From Rubripirellula sp. (GTDB taxonomy: Bacteria > Planctomycetota > Planctomycetia > Pirellulales > Pirellulaceae): DNA of 64,000 nt. The notes below the pieces were generated by a model. The model saw only the letters and a list, made by a program, of their open reading frames with translations. It did not search any database and had not been told where the DNA came from. The stretch spans positions 5,216,001-5,280,000 of the forward strand of contig OZ244207.1 in the NCBI GenBank assembly GCA_965216875.1, written 5' to 3'. Below are positions 28,976-39,009 of this stretch, piece after piece; positions within the stretch are counted from its first letter, which is position 1; the number at the start of each line of letters is the position of its first letter. The position numbers were made by a program, and so were the translations under genes.

Positions 28976-29533
28976 CTATTCTTCGGTCAGCTGATAGCTA
29001 TTGAAACCAATACCTAGCAACAGATCCTCATCCAGTAAGTGGTTACATTTCGTCAAAATGCGGCGTTCCAGCAACCCCAATTGGTTCTCTTTCAACTCCG
29101 CGAGCTCGCTATTTCGGATTCTCATCCGAATTGCGTGCCGTAACCGGCCCTCTTTGGCTGTGAACTCGGTCTTCATTTTTTCCAAGTTTTTCTTACGAAC
29201 GAGCCCGTAGAGGTTCAATTCGACGCGAAACGTCCGCTCCGTATCGATCGGGCTGAACGTCTCGCCGTACATGCCCAATTTGAACTCTTCGACCTTGTTT
29301 TCGTCCGAAGCCTGCTCCTCGGCAGCCTCTTCGCCTTCCTGGACCGACTTGATCAGCTTCGCTTCGGCCAATGCCGAAACCTCTTCAGCGCTCGGCACGA
29401 GGAAGAAGAACATCAGGGTTTCCATCAGCACCACGACGCCGACAAACGCGATGATCATCGCGCGACTGCCGCCGCCCTTGGGAGCCTCTTGGACCTCTTC
29501 GCCACCTTCTGGATTGTCTTGTTCGTCAGCCAT
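28976..29533 (-). CDS. fliL: FliL-like flagellar basal body protein
   Basis: N-terminal TM followed by a soluble domain; position between motB and fliN. Confidence 0.6.
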   Translation of the reverse strand: MADEQDNPEGGEEVQEAPKGGGSRAMIIAFVGVVVLMETLMFFFLVPSAEEVSALAEAKLIKSVQEGEEAAEEQASDENKVEEFKLGMYGETFSPIDTERTFRVELNLYGLVRKKNLEKMKTEFTAKEGRLRHAIRMRIRNSELAELKENQLGLLERRILTKCNHLLDEDLLLGIGFNSYQLTEE

Positions 29534-29534
29534 A

Positions 29535-30308
29535 TCAATTCTCCGAGTTTCCGTCGGACGTCGTGATGTTTTCTGAGTTTCGTTCGTCTGCCGTTCCGCG
29601 CAAGTCTTCGACGGTCTCGTCGAGCAGGAAGACTTCCACGCGTGGGTTCTTCGCCAAAGCGTTGCCGCGTCCACTGCGACTCATCGGTTCGCTATCGCTA
29701 GCAGACGAAATGCGAAACCGCGATTCCTTGATTCCCTCACGTTCAACCAGAATCCGTCGTACGGCAGCGGCTCGGCGGAAGCCCAGCATGACCGCTTCGT
29801 CGGTCCCTTCGGTTCGTGCCGCGAATTCACTCGACACGTGCCCGCGTACTTCGATCTTTTGTGGTTTGCCGCGAAGTTGTTCGGCAACGTTTTTCAACAC
29901 GCCATCAGCAGCTTTGGTGATTTCGTCGCTTCCAAATTCGAAGAAAACGACGCTACCGACAGCCGTCAATTGTCCGGGTCGCACGATACGCACAACCGGC
30001 TCTTCACCGGTCGGCGCTTTTTCAGGCACGCCACCTTTGGCAGTATCCTTCTTCTTGGCGCGCCCGGTCGTCGCCAACACGCTGAACTCGGTGCTTCGCG
30101 GTCGTGAATCACCAGGTGTAAGTGCGTCGAGCGTTCGTGTGTATCCGAATTGTCGCTGCATCGAATCGACCAGCGCCTGGTAGGTCTCTTCCTCTTTAAT
30201 CTCGCTAAGCGAAACCAACATGATGAAGAACGTCAGCAACAGACTCATCATGTCGCCGAACGTGACAACCCATTCGGGAATGCCCATTTCTTCTGGTTCG
30301 TCGTCCAT
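29535..30308 (-). CDS. motB: Flagellar stator B subunit (MotB/PomB)
   Basis: WVVTFGDMMSLLLTFF and an OmpA-like domain (IEVRGH, RAAAV, NPRVEV). Confidence 0.92.
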   Translation of the reverse strand: MDDEPEEMGIPEWVVTFGDMMSLLLTFFIMLVSLSEIKEEETYQALVDSMQRQFGYTRTLDALTPGDSRPRSTEFSVLATTGRAKKKDTAKGGVPEKAPTGEEPVVRIVRPGQLTAVGSVVFFEFGSDEITKAADGVLKNVAEQLRGKPQKIEVRGHVSSEFAARTEGTDEAVMLGFRRAAAVRRILVEREGIKESRFRISSASDSEPMSRSGRGNALAKNPRVEVFLLDETVEDLRGTADERNSENITTSDGNSEN

Positions 30309-30378
30309 CGTTCTTCTTGTTGGTTAGGTTGGAAAAATGTCTTGTCGGCGATGGGCCAAAGCAGCGCCGGTCCGCTTC

Positions 30379-31140
30379 TCATTCCGCATCGCGTTGTTTT
30401 GGCGGCAGGAACGTGCGTAGTTTTTGGTCGATCGCGCGCGGACTTTCGCCCGATTGAATCGCCATCACACCACGAATCGCAATCTCAAGGCTGACCATCT
30501 CGTTGCGGCTGATCAGTCCCAGCTTTTCAGCGAAGGGCGAAAAGAAAACGTTCGCCACAATCGCCCCGTACAACGTTGTGATCAGCGCGACCGCCATACC
30601 AGCACCAATCCCGGAGGGATCGCTCATGTCTTGAAGCATCATGATCAGACCCATCAGCGTCCCGATCATCCCGTACGCAGGTGCGAAACGTCCGAGCTGG
30701 TCCATGATGCTCTTGCCTTCACGATGCCGCGTTGCAATCGCTTCGACTTCGGTACGCAGAACTTCTTCGACAACCTCGGGTGTGCTGCCGTCGACTGCCA
30801 TCTGAATCCCGGTCTTGACCAAGGGGTTTTCGATGTCACCCACCTTCGATTCGAGAGCCAACAAACCATCGCGACGTGCGGTTTCGGCCAACTCAACGAT
30901 CTGCTTGATCAATCCAAGGCGATCTTCACCTTTGTTCAACAGAACTTTTAGTGCGATCATTGGCGACTTGAGCATGCTGCCGAGTGGGAAACAGATCAAC
31001 GCAGCTGCAATCGCACCCCCGACCACAACCAAGAGCGACGGGATGTCGATAAAGGCAGAGAAGGGCGCATTACCAAGCGCGATCGATGCGATGATCAGGC
31101 CGAGAGCGAGGATCAACCCTACGAGGCTGGCAATATCCAT
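30379..31140 (-). CDS. motA: Flagellar stator A subunit (MotA/PomA)
   Basis: ARRDGLLALE, APAYGMIGTL, MAVALITTLYG. Confidence 0.94.
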   Translation of the reverse strand: MDIASLVGLILALGLIIASIALGNAPFSAFIDIPSLLVVVGGAIAAALICFPLGSMLKSPMIALKVLLNKGEDRLGLIKQIVELAETARRDGLLALESKVGDIENPLVKTGIQMAVDGSTPEVVEEVLRTEVEAIATRHREGKSIMDQLGRFAPAYGMIGTLMGLIMMLQDMSDPSGIGAGMAVALITTLYGAIVANVFFSPFAEKLGLISRNEMVSLEIAIRGVMAIQSGESPRAIDQKLRTFLPPKQRDAE

Positions 31141-31191
31141 GTTTGTTTCTTTTCGTCGTTGTCGTGTTTACCGATTTCGGTTGCTAGGCCC

Positions 31192-31431
31192 TTACGCCTG
31201 CGACGATCCCATCGTCTGTCCAACACGGCTCGTCGCCGGAGGTGGAGGCATGAAGTGCTTTTGCTGTTGGTAAGCAACGGCCCGATCGATGACGTCTTCC
31301 ATCGTTTCGCTGACGACGATGCGGTCGCCCGAAGTCAATGTCACGAAAGTGTCCGGTCGACACTCGACGTAACGGATCAGTTCAGCGTTGAGTACAAACG
31401 GCTCGCCGTCGATTCGCGTTAACTTGATCAT
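31192..31431 (-). CDS. flbD: Flagellar FlbD family protein
   Basis: MIKLTRIDG..FVLNAELI..VE..PDT.VTL..G. Confidence 0.9.
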   Translation of the reverse strand: MIKLTRIDGEPFVLNAELIRYVECRPDTFVTLTSGDRIVVSETMEDVIDRAVAYQQQKHFMPPPPATSRVGQTMGSSQA

Positions 31432-31696
31432 GGAAGAATGCCCCCGTCAGAGCCCGTGCTTATCTTTCTGTTGAAGCGTCGTGGCGCAAGCATCCTTGGA
31501 CGCTGCGCCTAGAAAACGCCTCTGAAAGTTAGGTCACGGTGACGCAACGAGACGGGTGTGGCAAAAAAGAAACATCGCCCATTTGGGTTGCCTGATCCGA
31601 ACAATCGGAACAACCGGGACGATTGATTCGCGATCAAGAGGATGGAAGCCGGACGAAGGGGCGACAGCAACGCAAATCCGAAGTGCTCGTCCTCGA

Positions 31697-31832
31697 CCTC
31701 GTTACCCCGCTCCGCGTGGTAACGCACTCTTCGGACGCTCCGCGTCCTCTTCGTAGGTCATGCTCCGCATGACGGGCGTTCGGATTGCGTGGAGCGGAGT
31801 GCAAGGCCCAACGCGAGCGCGTTCGGCTCACG
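31697..31832. repeat. Mosaic REP-like cluster
   Basis: cctcgttaccccgctccgcgtggtaacgcactc...ggacgctccgcgtcctcttcgtag nearly matches the reverse complement of 52905-52963. Also contains the gttcggctcacg arm. Confidence 0.8.
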
Positions 31833-31856
31833 AGTTGGCGTGGCTCATCAATCGAT

Positions 31857-32792
31857 TCACTTGCTCTCGATCTTTTCGAGCAGCTTGTCTGCCGCTTCTT
31901 CGGCTTCGGCGAGCGGGAGACCTGGCTTAACGCCCGGTCGTTTGTGTCCAACTTCGCTGAGCCAGGCGTCGTGCATCACTTTGTGACGCTGTGACACGAG
32001 CTTGTACAAGTCTTTGTCAATGTCGCCGGAGTCATCAACATCCCACGCGTCGAGGATTGCGGCGGCCAGAACAACGTGGCCTTCGTGAAAAACATGCACA
32101 CCGTCGGGAGACATCACATACTCGGGATCAGCCTTGCGTTTGTTAGCCAGATAGACTGTGACCGGCGTGTAGAGATCGATCACCATTTCGACCTCGTCGC
32201 TTTTTGATTTCACGTAGGCCGCAAACTCGGACATCACGTCGTTGTAATTCTCGTAGATCTGATTCCACGAGTACTTCGGTGCGCCGCTGGGAAGCAGTTT
32301 GCCTTTCTTTCGAAATGGCAGCGGATCGTAAGCGGGCGGTGTCATCAGGATCAGCTTCGCTCCCGATGCGTGCACCTTTTTGATGATGCCGTCGATACCC
32401 TTCTTGTAGGCATCAAGTCGCTCTTTGCTTGGCGGATAGTAGATGCCGTCGTTCATGCCATAACAGGCAACAACGACATCGGGCTTCATCTTTTCGAGTG
32501 CGCGCTCGAGTCGTTCGTGGACGTTCGGACGTGGGAACGGATGGTCTGGTTCGGACATTCCGTTGCAGGTCTCACTGGGCAAACCCATGTTGATCAGCTC
32601 GGGAACTTCCTTGCCGGCCATCCGAAGGCGCGTTTCAACCACCGAAATGTAGTCGCCCGCGTTAGTGATCGAGTCACCGAAGAACACAATCCGTTTACCT
32701 TGCAATGGAAATTGCTGTTCGGATTGAGCGGTGTTGCAGACTACAAGTGACAGCAGCAAAGTGGTGGCGGCCGAAAGCAAGCTCGTTCTCAT
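31857..32792 (-). CDS. Secreted SGNH/GDSL hydrolase
   Basis: FGDSIT, YGMND, DGVH; signal peptide. Confidence 0.9.
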   Translation of the reverse strand: MRTSLLSAATTLLLSLVVCNTAQSEQQFPLQGKRIVFFGDSITNAGDYISVVETRLRMAGKEVPELINMGLPSETCNGMSEPDHPFPRPNVHERLERALEKMKPDVVVACYGMNDGIYYPPSKERLDAYKKGIDGIIKKVHASGAKLILMTPPAYDPLPFRKKGKLLPSGAPKYSWNQIYENYNDVMSEFAAYVKSKSDEVEMVIDLYTPVTVYLANKRKADPEYVMSPDGVHVFHEGHVVLAAAILDAWDVDDSGDIDKDLYKLVSQRHKVMHDAWLSEVGHKRPGVKPGLPLAEAEEAADKLLEKIESK

Positions 32793-32838
32793 GGATTCAT
32801 CTCTTCTCGGACAATTGCGAGTGACTTGTTGTGCACGA

Positions 32839-35055
32839 TTATGCAGCGCCAATGCCGGCCAACCAGACCAGGAGGCTGATGATCACGACACATACTAGAC
32901 AGGCCGCGACGAAACCGACCACATCTTTGGTCGTCGGCCAAACAAATTCCCAATCACTTTGGGGCATGATCTTGCGAGATGCCGCTTGCTGGGGATTCTG
33001 GTAGGCGGCCTCGATCGCCGCTTGGTCTTCCTTGGGGTCTGCCAAAACGGGTGTGTTCATTTTTGCAAAATACTGGTCGAGCGCCTGCTTGCTGCCGCGC
33101 GGCGTGATGTAGCTGAGCAACACGAGCACAAGGAACGGCGTGAGCACGCGGGCGGGCAAACGCAACGTTTCCAACGTCGCCTTCGATGCTCCGCTCAAGT
33201 CGATCCCGACAGCTGAATAAAGCAGCATGTCGATATTGAGCGAGCCTTGCCCCGTTTGATCGCCCACGCGACGTTGCCGCTGAATTGTCGCGCCGTCAAC
33301 CGTCTCAGTGCCGATCTCTTCGTATTTCGGCTCGGCGGCGTCTATCTTGTCCGGAGACTCAGCAACCGGCATCACGCCGCCGCGCCAAAAGATCGACTTA
33401 TCACCCGATGTCGATTCGATCTTGGCTTCTTCGCCTTCGACTGCCGCTGGCGGTTTGGGACCGAGCAACTTTTTCTTTGCTTCGTACGCTTTGGTTGCGT
33501 CGGGATCGTCATTACTTTCAGCCAGTCCCGCTTCGATCACGCTGGATGCCTCAACCCAGGCTTCGTACCGCGCGACGTCTGCTGCCGTTGCAACTCGCGT
33601 GAACGTCTTGGTAACCCGATCGGTGGTGGTTGCGAGCGATTGGTTGTTTCGAATCTGGGGCATCATCATCGGCAATGCCCATGGCACGACGAAGAACGTG
33701 ATTGCTGAAACCAAGATCGTTCCCCAGACCGCAGTCCGATTGGCGCGTCGCCAGTACATTCCGATCCAGAACGGAGCAGCAAACAGGATTGGCAATTCAA
33801 CAGCCAGCTTGAACTGCCCAAACACGTCACCGACCACCAACGCGACAACCGAGGCGCCGACAATGATCACCAAGCCAGTCAAGCGACCAACCAATACGTA
33901 TCGCTTTTCACTCGCGTTCGAATCGATGTAGGGCTTGTAGACATTTCGCACAACCAGCGCCGATGTGACGATCATGTAAGTGTCAGCCGAACTCATCATT
34001 GCCGCGAGCAGACAGGCGAGCATCAAACCAACCAGGCCAAGATTCAACGGTCCCAAAATCTCGCGTGCGGCCACGCCCCAAACCCAATCGGGGTCCGACG
34101 CGATGTCAACGTTCCCGGCAAGAAGTGCAAGGGCGATCAAGGCGGTCAGAGCCCAACCGACCGTGCAAAGCCGTTTTAAGAAGTTACCGACCACCAATCC
34201 GATACGCGCTTCGTCTTCGGTCTTGGCCGAGCCACCGCCGGTTGCAATGAAGTGCGGCTGGACAACGATGCCGACCATCGCCAGGATCGAGAGCGACACA
34301 ATGTATTGGAGATTAAATTCACCACTACTCGGGCCGGAAAAGAGGCTGAAGTAATCGGCGGAAACACGCTCGTGCATGATCCGAAACCCGTCCATCATCG
34401 TCTGTTGTCCCGGGTCACCAAACTTCTCGGCGATCGCCCACAAGCCGTAGGGGATCAGGAGGACGGACAACAAAATGATGAAGAGACCTTGAATCAGGTC
34501 GGTCCAATATGCGGCGGTCAGACCACCCAAAACGCCATAAACAATCACAACGCCAGCGATCGCGGGAATCAAAACGTATTTCAGTTCGACCTCAAGCCAA
34601 GGCACCGTTTCGACGTTCATCAGCGGCACAGCGAATTTTGCAATCGCCGACAACATCGTCGAGAGATAAAACATGTAGAACACAATCGCAAACAGCGTGT
34701 AGGCGACGCCAAGGGCGCGCGATTCATAGCGTTCGACGAACCAGTCACCAAGTGTCAAGTGACGCATGCGGCGATACCACACCGCGGTGATCCAATAGAC
34801 CGGCGTGACGAACAACCACATCAGCGCCGACCAGACTCCGCTGAGTCCGCTTGTCCACCCCGTGCGGCCAACCTGGACCGGTTCGTGGGCCCCCGTGCCG
34901 GCACCGAAGGCTGCAAATGTTTGCAGGAGTTTTCCGAAACCGCGTCCGCCCATGAAGTAATCTTCTTGGTCGGAAACGCGTCGCATCGCCCAAAGACCGA
35001 TCGCGACCATCACCACGAAATAGGTGATCAAGACGACATAGTCGATCAAAGTCAT
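32839..35055 (-). CDS. Sodium:solute symporter family protein
   Basis: DYFMGGR, GGLTAAYWTDLIQG, LAAMMSSAD. Large hydrophilic insert near the C-terminus. Confidence 0.9.
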   Translation of the reverse strand: MTLIDYVVLITYFVVMVAIGLWAMRRVSDQEDYFMGGRGFGKLLQTFAAFGAGTGAHEPVQVGRTGWTSGLSGVWSALMWLFVTPVYWITAVWYRRMRHLTLGDWFVERYESRALGVAYTLFAIVFYMFYLSTMLSAIAKFAVPLMNVETVPWLEVELKYVLIPAIAGVVIVYGVLGGLTAAYWTDLIQGLFIILLSVLLIPYGLWAIAEKFGDPGQQTMMDGFRIMHERVSADYFSLFSGPSSGEFNLQYIVSLSILAMVGIVVQPHFIATGGGSAKTEDEARIGLVVGNFLKRLCTVGWALTALIALALLAGNVDIASDPDWVWGVAAREILGPLNLGLVGLMLACLLAAMMSSADTYMIVTSALVVRNVYKPYIDSNASEKRYVLVGRLTGLVIIVGASVVALVVGDVFGQFKLAVELPILFAAPFWIGMYWRRANRTAVWGTILVSAITFFVVPWALPMMMPQIRNNQSLATTTDRVTKTFTRVATAADVARYEAWVEASSVIEAGLAESNDDPDATKAYEAKKKLLGPKPPAAVEGEEAKIESTSGDKSIFWRGGVMPVAESPDKIDAAEPKYEEIGTETVDGATIQRQRRVGDQTGQGSLNIDMLLYSAVGIDLSGASKATLETLRLPARVLTPFLVLVLLSYITPRGSKQALDQYFAKMNTPVLADPKEDQAAIEAAYQNPQQAASRKIMPQSDWEFVWPTTKDVVGFVAACLVCVVIISLLVWLAGIGAA

Positions 35056-35193
35056 GGTGTGCCCTGAGTAGGAGGGGGGAGGGGGAAGATACCGGCAAAA
35101 CCGCGGTTTCTTCGTTGCGTGGTGGGAACAACAGCGTAACCGAAATCACACCGTCGGTTGTCGATCGGGCGGATGCCGACTACGAATAGACTC

Positions 35194-37131
35194 ATGACAT
35201 CGCATTCAAGCCGACAACGTTTTACCGACTACCGCCAAGAAGTCCGCGAGCGAAACGCGCGCGGCGAAGTCCCCGCGCCTCATGGTCGCGGCGATCGCAA
35301 TCCCAAGAAACTCGGTGAACGCGACCGAAGCTTTTGGGAGTTATTTCGGTCCTTCCTTGGATTGATCCACGGTCATCGCGGGACGATCGCGATCGCTCTT
35401 TCCATGCTGACGGTCAGCATTGGGCTGCGGCTTGTTCCACCCATCGGGACCAAGCTTGCCATCGACGTCGCGTTGACCGATCCTCCCAAGCCCATGCCCG
35501 AGTGGTTGGATACGCTTGCCCTGCCAACGTCGCCGATGTCACTTCTGTGGTCGATCGCGGCGATTGTTGTCGCTGTGACACTTGTGGCCACGTTCATCCA
35601 TTTGACCAGTCGCTGGATGGCGACCAAAGCGGTCAACAAGACCCAGGTCTCGATCCGCCGCGAAGTCTTTGATCACGCGATCAAAATGCCACTTCATAAT
35701 GTGCACGACATGAAGAGTGGCGGCGCAGCGAGTTTGCTGAGAGAAGATGCCGGCGGTGTTGCCGATCTGATCTTCAGCATGCTGTACAACCCTTGGCGAG
35801 CCATCGTTCAGTTTATCGGTTCGCTGATCATCCTGATGCTCGTCGATTGGAAGTTGATGGCGGGTGGACTCTTGCTGTTGCCAATCGTTTGGGTCACCCA
35901 TCGAACATGGATCAACCGCATCCGTCCTCTCTACCGCGATATCCGCAAGCAGCGACAGCGCATCGATTCAAACGCGACGGAAACGTTTGGTGGTATTCGC
36001 GTGGTGCGAACCTTTTCGCGTGGACGAAGTGAATCGACTCGTTTTGTGCGCGAAGGCGATTTCCTCGTCCGACAACAACTCTTCACATGGTGGTGGACTC
36101 GGATCATCGAGACGATTTGGGAAGTCGTGATCCCATTGGCGTCGACCGGCCTGTTGCTTTATGGCGGTTACCAAATCATCGGTGGTGAACTGACCCTTGG
36201 TGATTTGATGATGTTCTTGGTCTACCTGACGATGCTGCTTGATCCGCTTGCGACGATCGCGGCAAGCGCGGTTGGTTTTCAAAACAACCTCGCAGGCCTT
36301 GATCGAATTCTCGATGTCTTGGAAATCGACGAAGAACTGCCGAGTACCGAAACCGCCGTGGAACTCAAACGCGGCGAAGTCGAAGGGGCCATTTCGATCC
36401 GAGACGTTTCGTTTTCGTATCCAAGTAGCGACGCGGTCGTTTTGCACGGGATCGATCTTGAAATCGAAGCAGGACAAACGGTCGCGTTGGTTGGGCGTAG
36501 CGGCGCCGGAAAAACCACACTCACCAACCTGGTCGCTCGGTTCTATGACCCGGCATCGGGATCGATCTCGCTGGACGGTCGAAACCTGCGCGACATCAAA
36601 CTAGATAGTTACCGGCAACTCTTGGGCATGGTCGAACAAGATGTCTTTTTGTTTGACGGCACGATTCGCGACAACATCGCTTATGCCCAGCGACGAGCGA
36701 CGGACGAAGCGGTCGTGAAGGCGGCCGAAGCTGCAGCGGCCGACGAATTCATTCGAAAACTCCCCGATGGCTACGATTCGGTGATCGGCGAGCGGGGCGT
36801 CAAACTTTCGGGTGGGCAACGACAACGCATTGCCATTGCCCGCGCGATCCTTGCCGACCCCAAGATCTTGATTCTCGATGAAGCGACCAGCAACCTCGAC
36901 AGTGAAAGTGAGCGGCTGATTCAAGAGAGCTTGGCTGAACTTCTAGAAGACCGAACCGCGTTCGTGATCGCTCATCGGCTGAGCACGATTGCAGGAGCTG
37001 ACAAGATCGTGGTGCTCGACGAGGGTCGGATCATCGAGGTCGGCACTCACGAGGAACTTTTACAGAGGGACGGTGTTTACCGGGACATGGTGCAATTGCA
37101 GATGAGCGATTCCGTGCCCGTACGAAGCTAA
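35194..37131 (+). CDS. ABC exporter, fused permease/ATPase (MsbA-like)
   Basis: GRSGAGKT, LSGGQRQR, LILDEATS; N-terminal TMD. Confidence 0.93.
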   Translation: MTSHSSRQRFTDYRQEVRERNARGEVPAPHGRGDRNPKKLGERDRSFWELFRSFLGLIHGHRGTIAIALSMLTVSIGLRLVPPIGTKLAIDVALTDPPKPMPEWLDTLALPTSPMSLLWSIAAIVVAVTLVATFIHLTSRWMATKAVNKTQVSIRREVFDHAIKMPLHNVHDMKSGGAASLLREDAGGVADLIFSMLYNPWRAIVQFIGSLIILMLVDWKLMAGGLLLLPIVWVTHRTWINRIRPLYRDIRKQRQRIDSNATETFGGIRVVRTFSRGRSESTRFVREGDFLVRQQLFTWWWTRIIETIWEVVIPLASTGLLLYGGYQIIGGELTLGDLMMFLVYLTMLLDPLATIAASAVGFQNNLAGLDRILDVLEIDEELPSTETAVELKRGEVEGAISIRDVSFSYPSSDAVVLHGIDLEIEAGQTVALVGRSGAGKTTLTNLVARFYDPASGSISLDGRNLRDIKLDSYRQLLGMVEQDVFLFDGTIRDNIAYAQRRATDEAVVKAAEAAAADEFIRKLPDGYDSVIGERGVKLSGGQRQRIAIARAILADPKILILDEATSNLDSESERLIQESLAELLEDRTAFVIAHRLSTIAGADKIVVLDEGRIIEVGTHEELLQRDGVYRDMVQLQMSDSVPVRS

Positions 37132-37216
37132 CCTTGCGACGTCGTGGACGCGGTAGAATCGTGACCTCACCCCTTCCGCAGCCCGCCTTACCCTTTACTG
37201 CAGCAACGACGAGCCC

Positions 37217-38518
37217 ATGAACCGATCACTTCTGCCATCCCAACTCGCCCTCATTGTGTTCTGCGTTACAGTCTCGCTGGGCCCAGTCGCTCTTTGTAAC
37301 GAAACCGATTGGGCACAGTGGCGTGGCCCTGATCGCGACGGACACGCCGCAGATCAATCGTTGCTGAAAAGCTGGCCCGAAGGTGGGCCGAAACTGAAGT
37401 GGACGTTTTCCGATTCGGGCGTGGGTTATTCTTCGGTCGCGATCTCAGACGGGTTCCTGTACACGATGGGCTCGGACAAAGAGAACTGCTATGTCATTTG
37501 TGTCGATGCCAAGACCGGTACGGAGTCATGGCGTCAATCGATTTCACGTGCTGGCGTCAACGGCGACTACTTGGGTGGTTGGGGCGTTGGGCCACGAAGC
37601 ACGCCAACCATCGATGGCGGACAAGTCTTTGCATTGAGTGATGTTGGCACGCTCGCCTGTTTGACACTCAAAGGTGACATCACTTGGAGCGTCGACTTGG
37701 TCGCTGATTATGGCGGATCGATTCCCAAATGGGGTTACAGTGAGTCGCCACTGATTGATGGCAACCGTGTTGTGGTCACGCCAGGCGGAGACAACTTCAT
37801 GATTGCCCTCGACCGCAAGTCGGGCGATAAGATTTGGGGCAGCTCGGGCGACACACCGGTCGCCGAGTACGTTTCGGTGATGAAGGGCAGGGTAGGGGAG
37901 ACCAATTACTACGTGACAGCCAGTACGCCAGGTCTCCTTGCCTTTGACTGCGAAAGTGGCAAACAACTCTTCAGCGATGAAGCCACCGGCAATCCGACCG
38001 CTGTCATCCCAACGCCGATCATCACCGGTGACCTGCTGTACCACACCAGCGACTACGGCGCGGGCAACACGCTGTTGAAACTCTCATCAAATAGCGAGGG
38101 TATCGACGCGGAATCGGTCTACGCTCTGCAAGGCAAGACAATGCTGAATCATCACGGCGGCGTGGTGTTGGTCGACGGAACCATTTACGGATTCAGCAAA
38201 ATGAATGGCGGCGTTTGGATGGCGCAAGATCTTGAGTCGGGTGACCTGCTTTGGAACGAAAAGATTGGGCGTAACCGAAGCGGTTCGATCTGTTACGCCG
38301 ACGGCATGCTCTATTGCTACAACGACAAAGACGGCAGTGTCCATTTGACCGAAGCAAGCCGAGATGGTTGGTCTTCCAAAGGAAGCGTTACGCTACCCAA
38401 GCAAACGGACATTCCCCGTGACCGCGGTGCCATCTGGGCTCATCCGATCGTTGCCAATCAAATGTTGATCATTCGCGACCAGGATTTGATCTACGCCTTC
38501 GACATTGCCGGCGACTGA
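37217..38518 (+). CDS. Secreted PQQ-like beta-propeller protein
   Basis: Signal peptide, then DWAQWRGPDRDG, GPRSTPT, WGYSESPL, WAHP. Confidence 0.88.
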   Translation: MNRSLLPSQLALIVFCVTVSLGPVALCNETDWAQWRGPDRDGHAADQSLLKSWPEGGPKLKWTFSDSGVGYSSVAISDGFLYTMGSDKENCYVICVDAKTGTESWRQSISRAGVNGDYLGGWGVGPRSTPTIDGGQVFALSDVGTLACLTLKGDITWSVDLVADYGGSIPKWGYSESPLIDGNRVVVTPGGDNFMIALDRKSGDKIWGSSGDTPVAEYVSVMKGRVGETNYYVTASTPGLLAFDCESGKQLFSDEATGNPTAVIPTPIITGDLLYHTSDYGAGNTLLKLSSNSEGIDAESVYALQGKTMLNHHGGVVLVDGTIYGFSKMNGGVWMAQDLESGDLLWNEKIGRNRSGSICYADGMLYCYNDKDGSVHLTEASRDGWSSKGSVTLPKQTDIPRDRGAIWAHPIVANQMLIIRDQDLIYAFDIAGD

Positions 38519-38618
38519 GTGGACGAGCTCTGAAACGTCAGCATGGTCGTCGCCCGACTCATCGTGGTGGGACCTACAATGGCACTCTTCCGGTAAAGGT
38601 AGCGACGAGGAGATTGTC

Positions 38619-38861
38619 ATGAGCGTTGAATTGTTGACTCAGTTCCTGATGTGGTGTTCGATCATCAATGTGGGGCTGCTGTTGTTTTGGACCGCCGTTC
38701 TCTCGGCGGCGCCCGATTTCGCATACAAACTCCAGCGTCGTTGGTTCCCGCTTTCTCAGGAATCTTGGTCGACGGTGATGTACGGTTTTTTGGGATTGTT
38801 CAAGATTTTCGTGATCATCTTCAACATCGTTCCGTACATCGCGATGCTAATCGTCACGTGA
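38619..38861 (+). CDS. Small two-TM membrane protein (DUF6868-like)
   Basis: FLMWCSIINVGLL...Y.FLGLFKI..IIFNIVPYIA; gaggag upstream. Confidence 0.7.
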   Translation: MSVELLTQFLMWCSIINVGLLLFWTAVLSAAPDFAYKLQRRWFPLSQESWSTVMYGFLGLFKIFVIIFNIVPYIAMLIVT

Positions 38862-39009
38862 TTTGCGACGGTTTAGGGTGCTCCCGTTGGCTGGCGCAAT
38901 TGAAGTTCGTCAGCTGAGACCGACTTGGTAGAATGAGAGGTCGGTCAAGCTAGCGGGCCGTTCCCCATGGCCCGTTCCCCACCGAATGCCTTCCCTTGCA
39001 GGTGCCAAC

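Noticed and set aside
38505..38618. N-terminal extension of the small membrane protein, or read-through from the PQQ-like gene
   Set aside because: A good RBS (gaggag) precedes the ATG at 38619 and the upstream gene ends normally.
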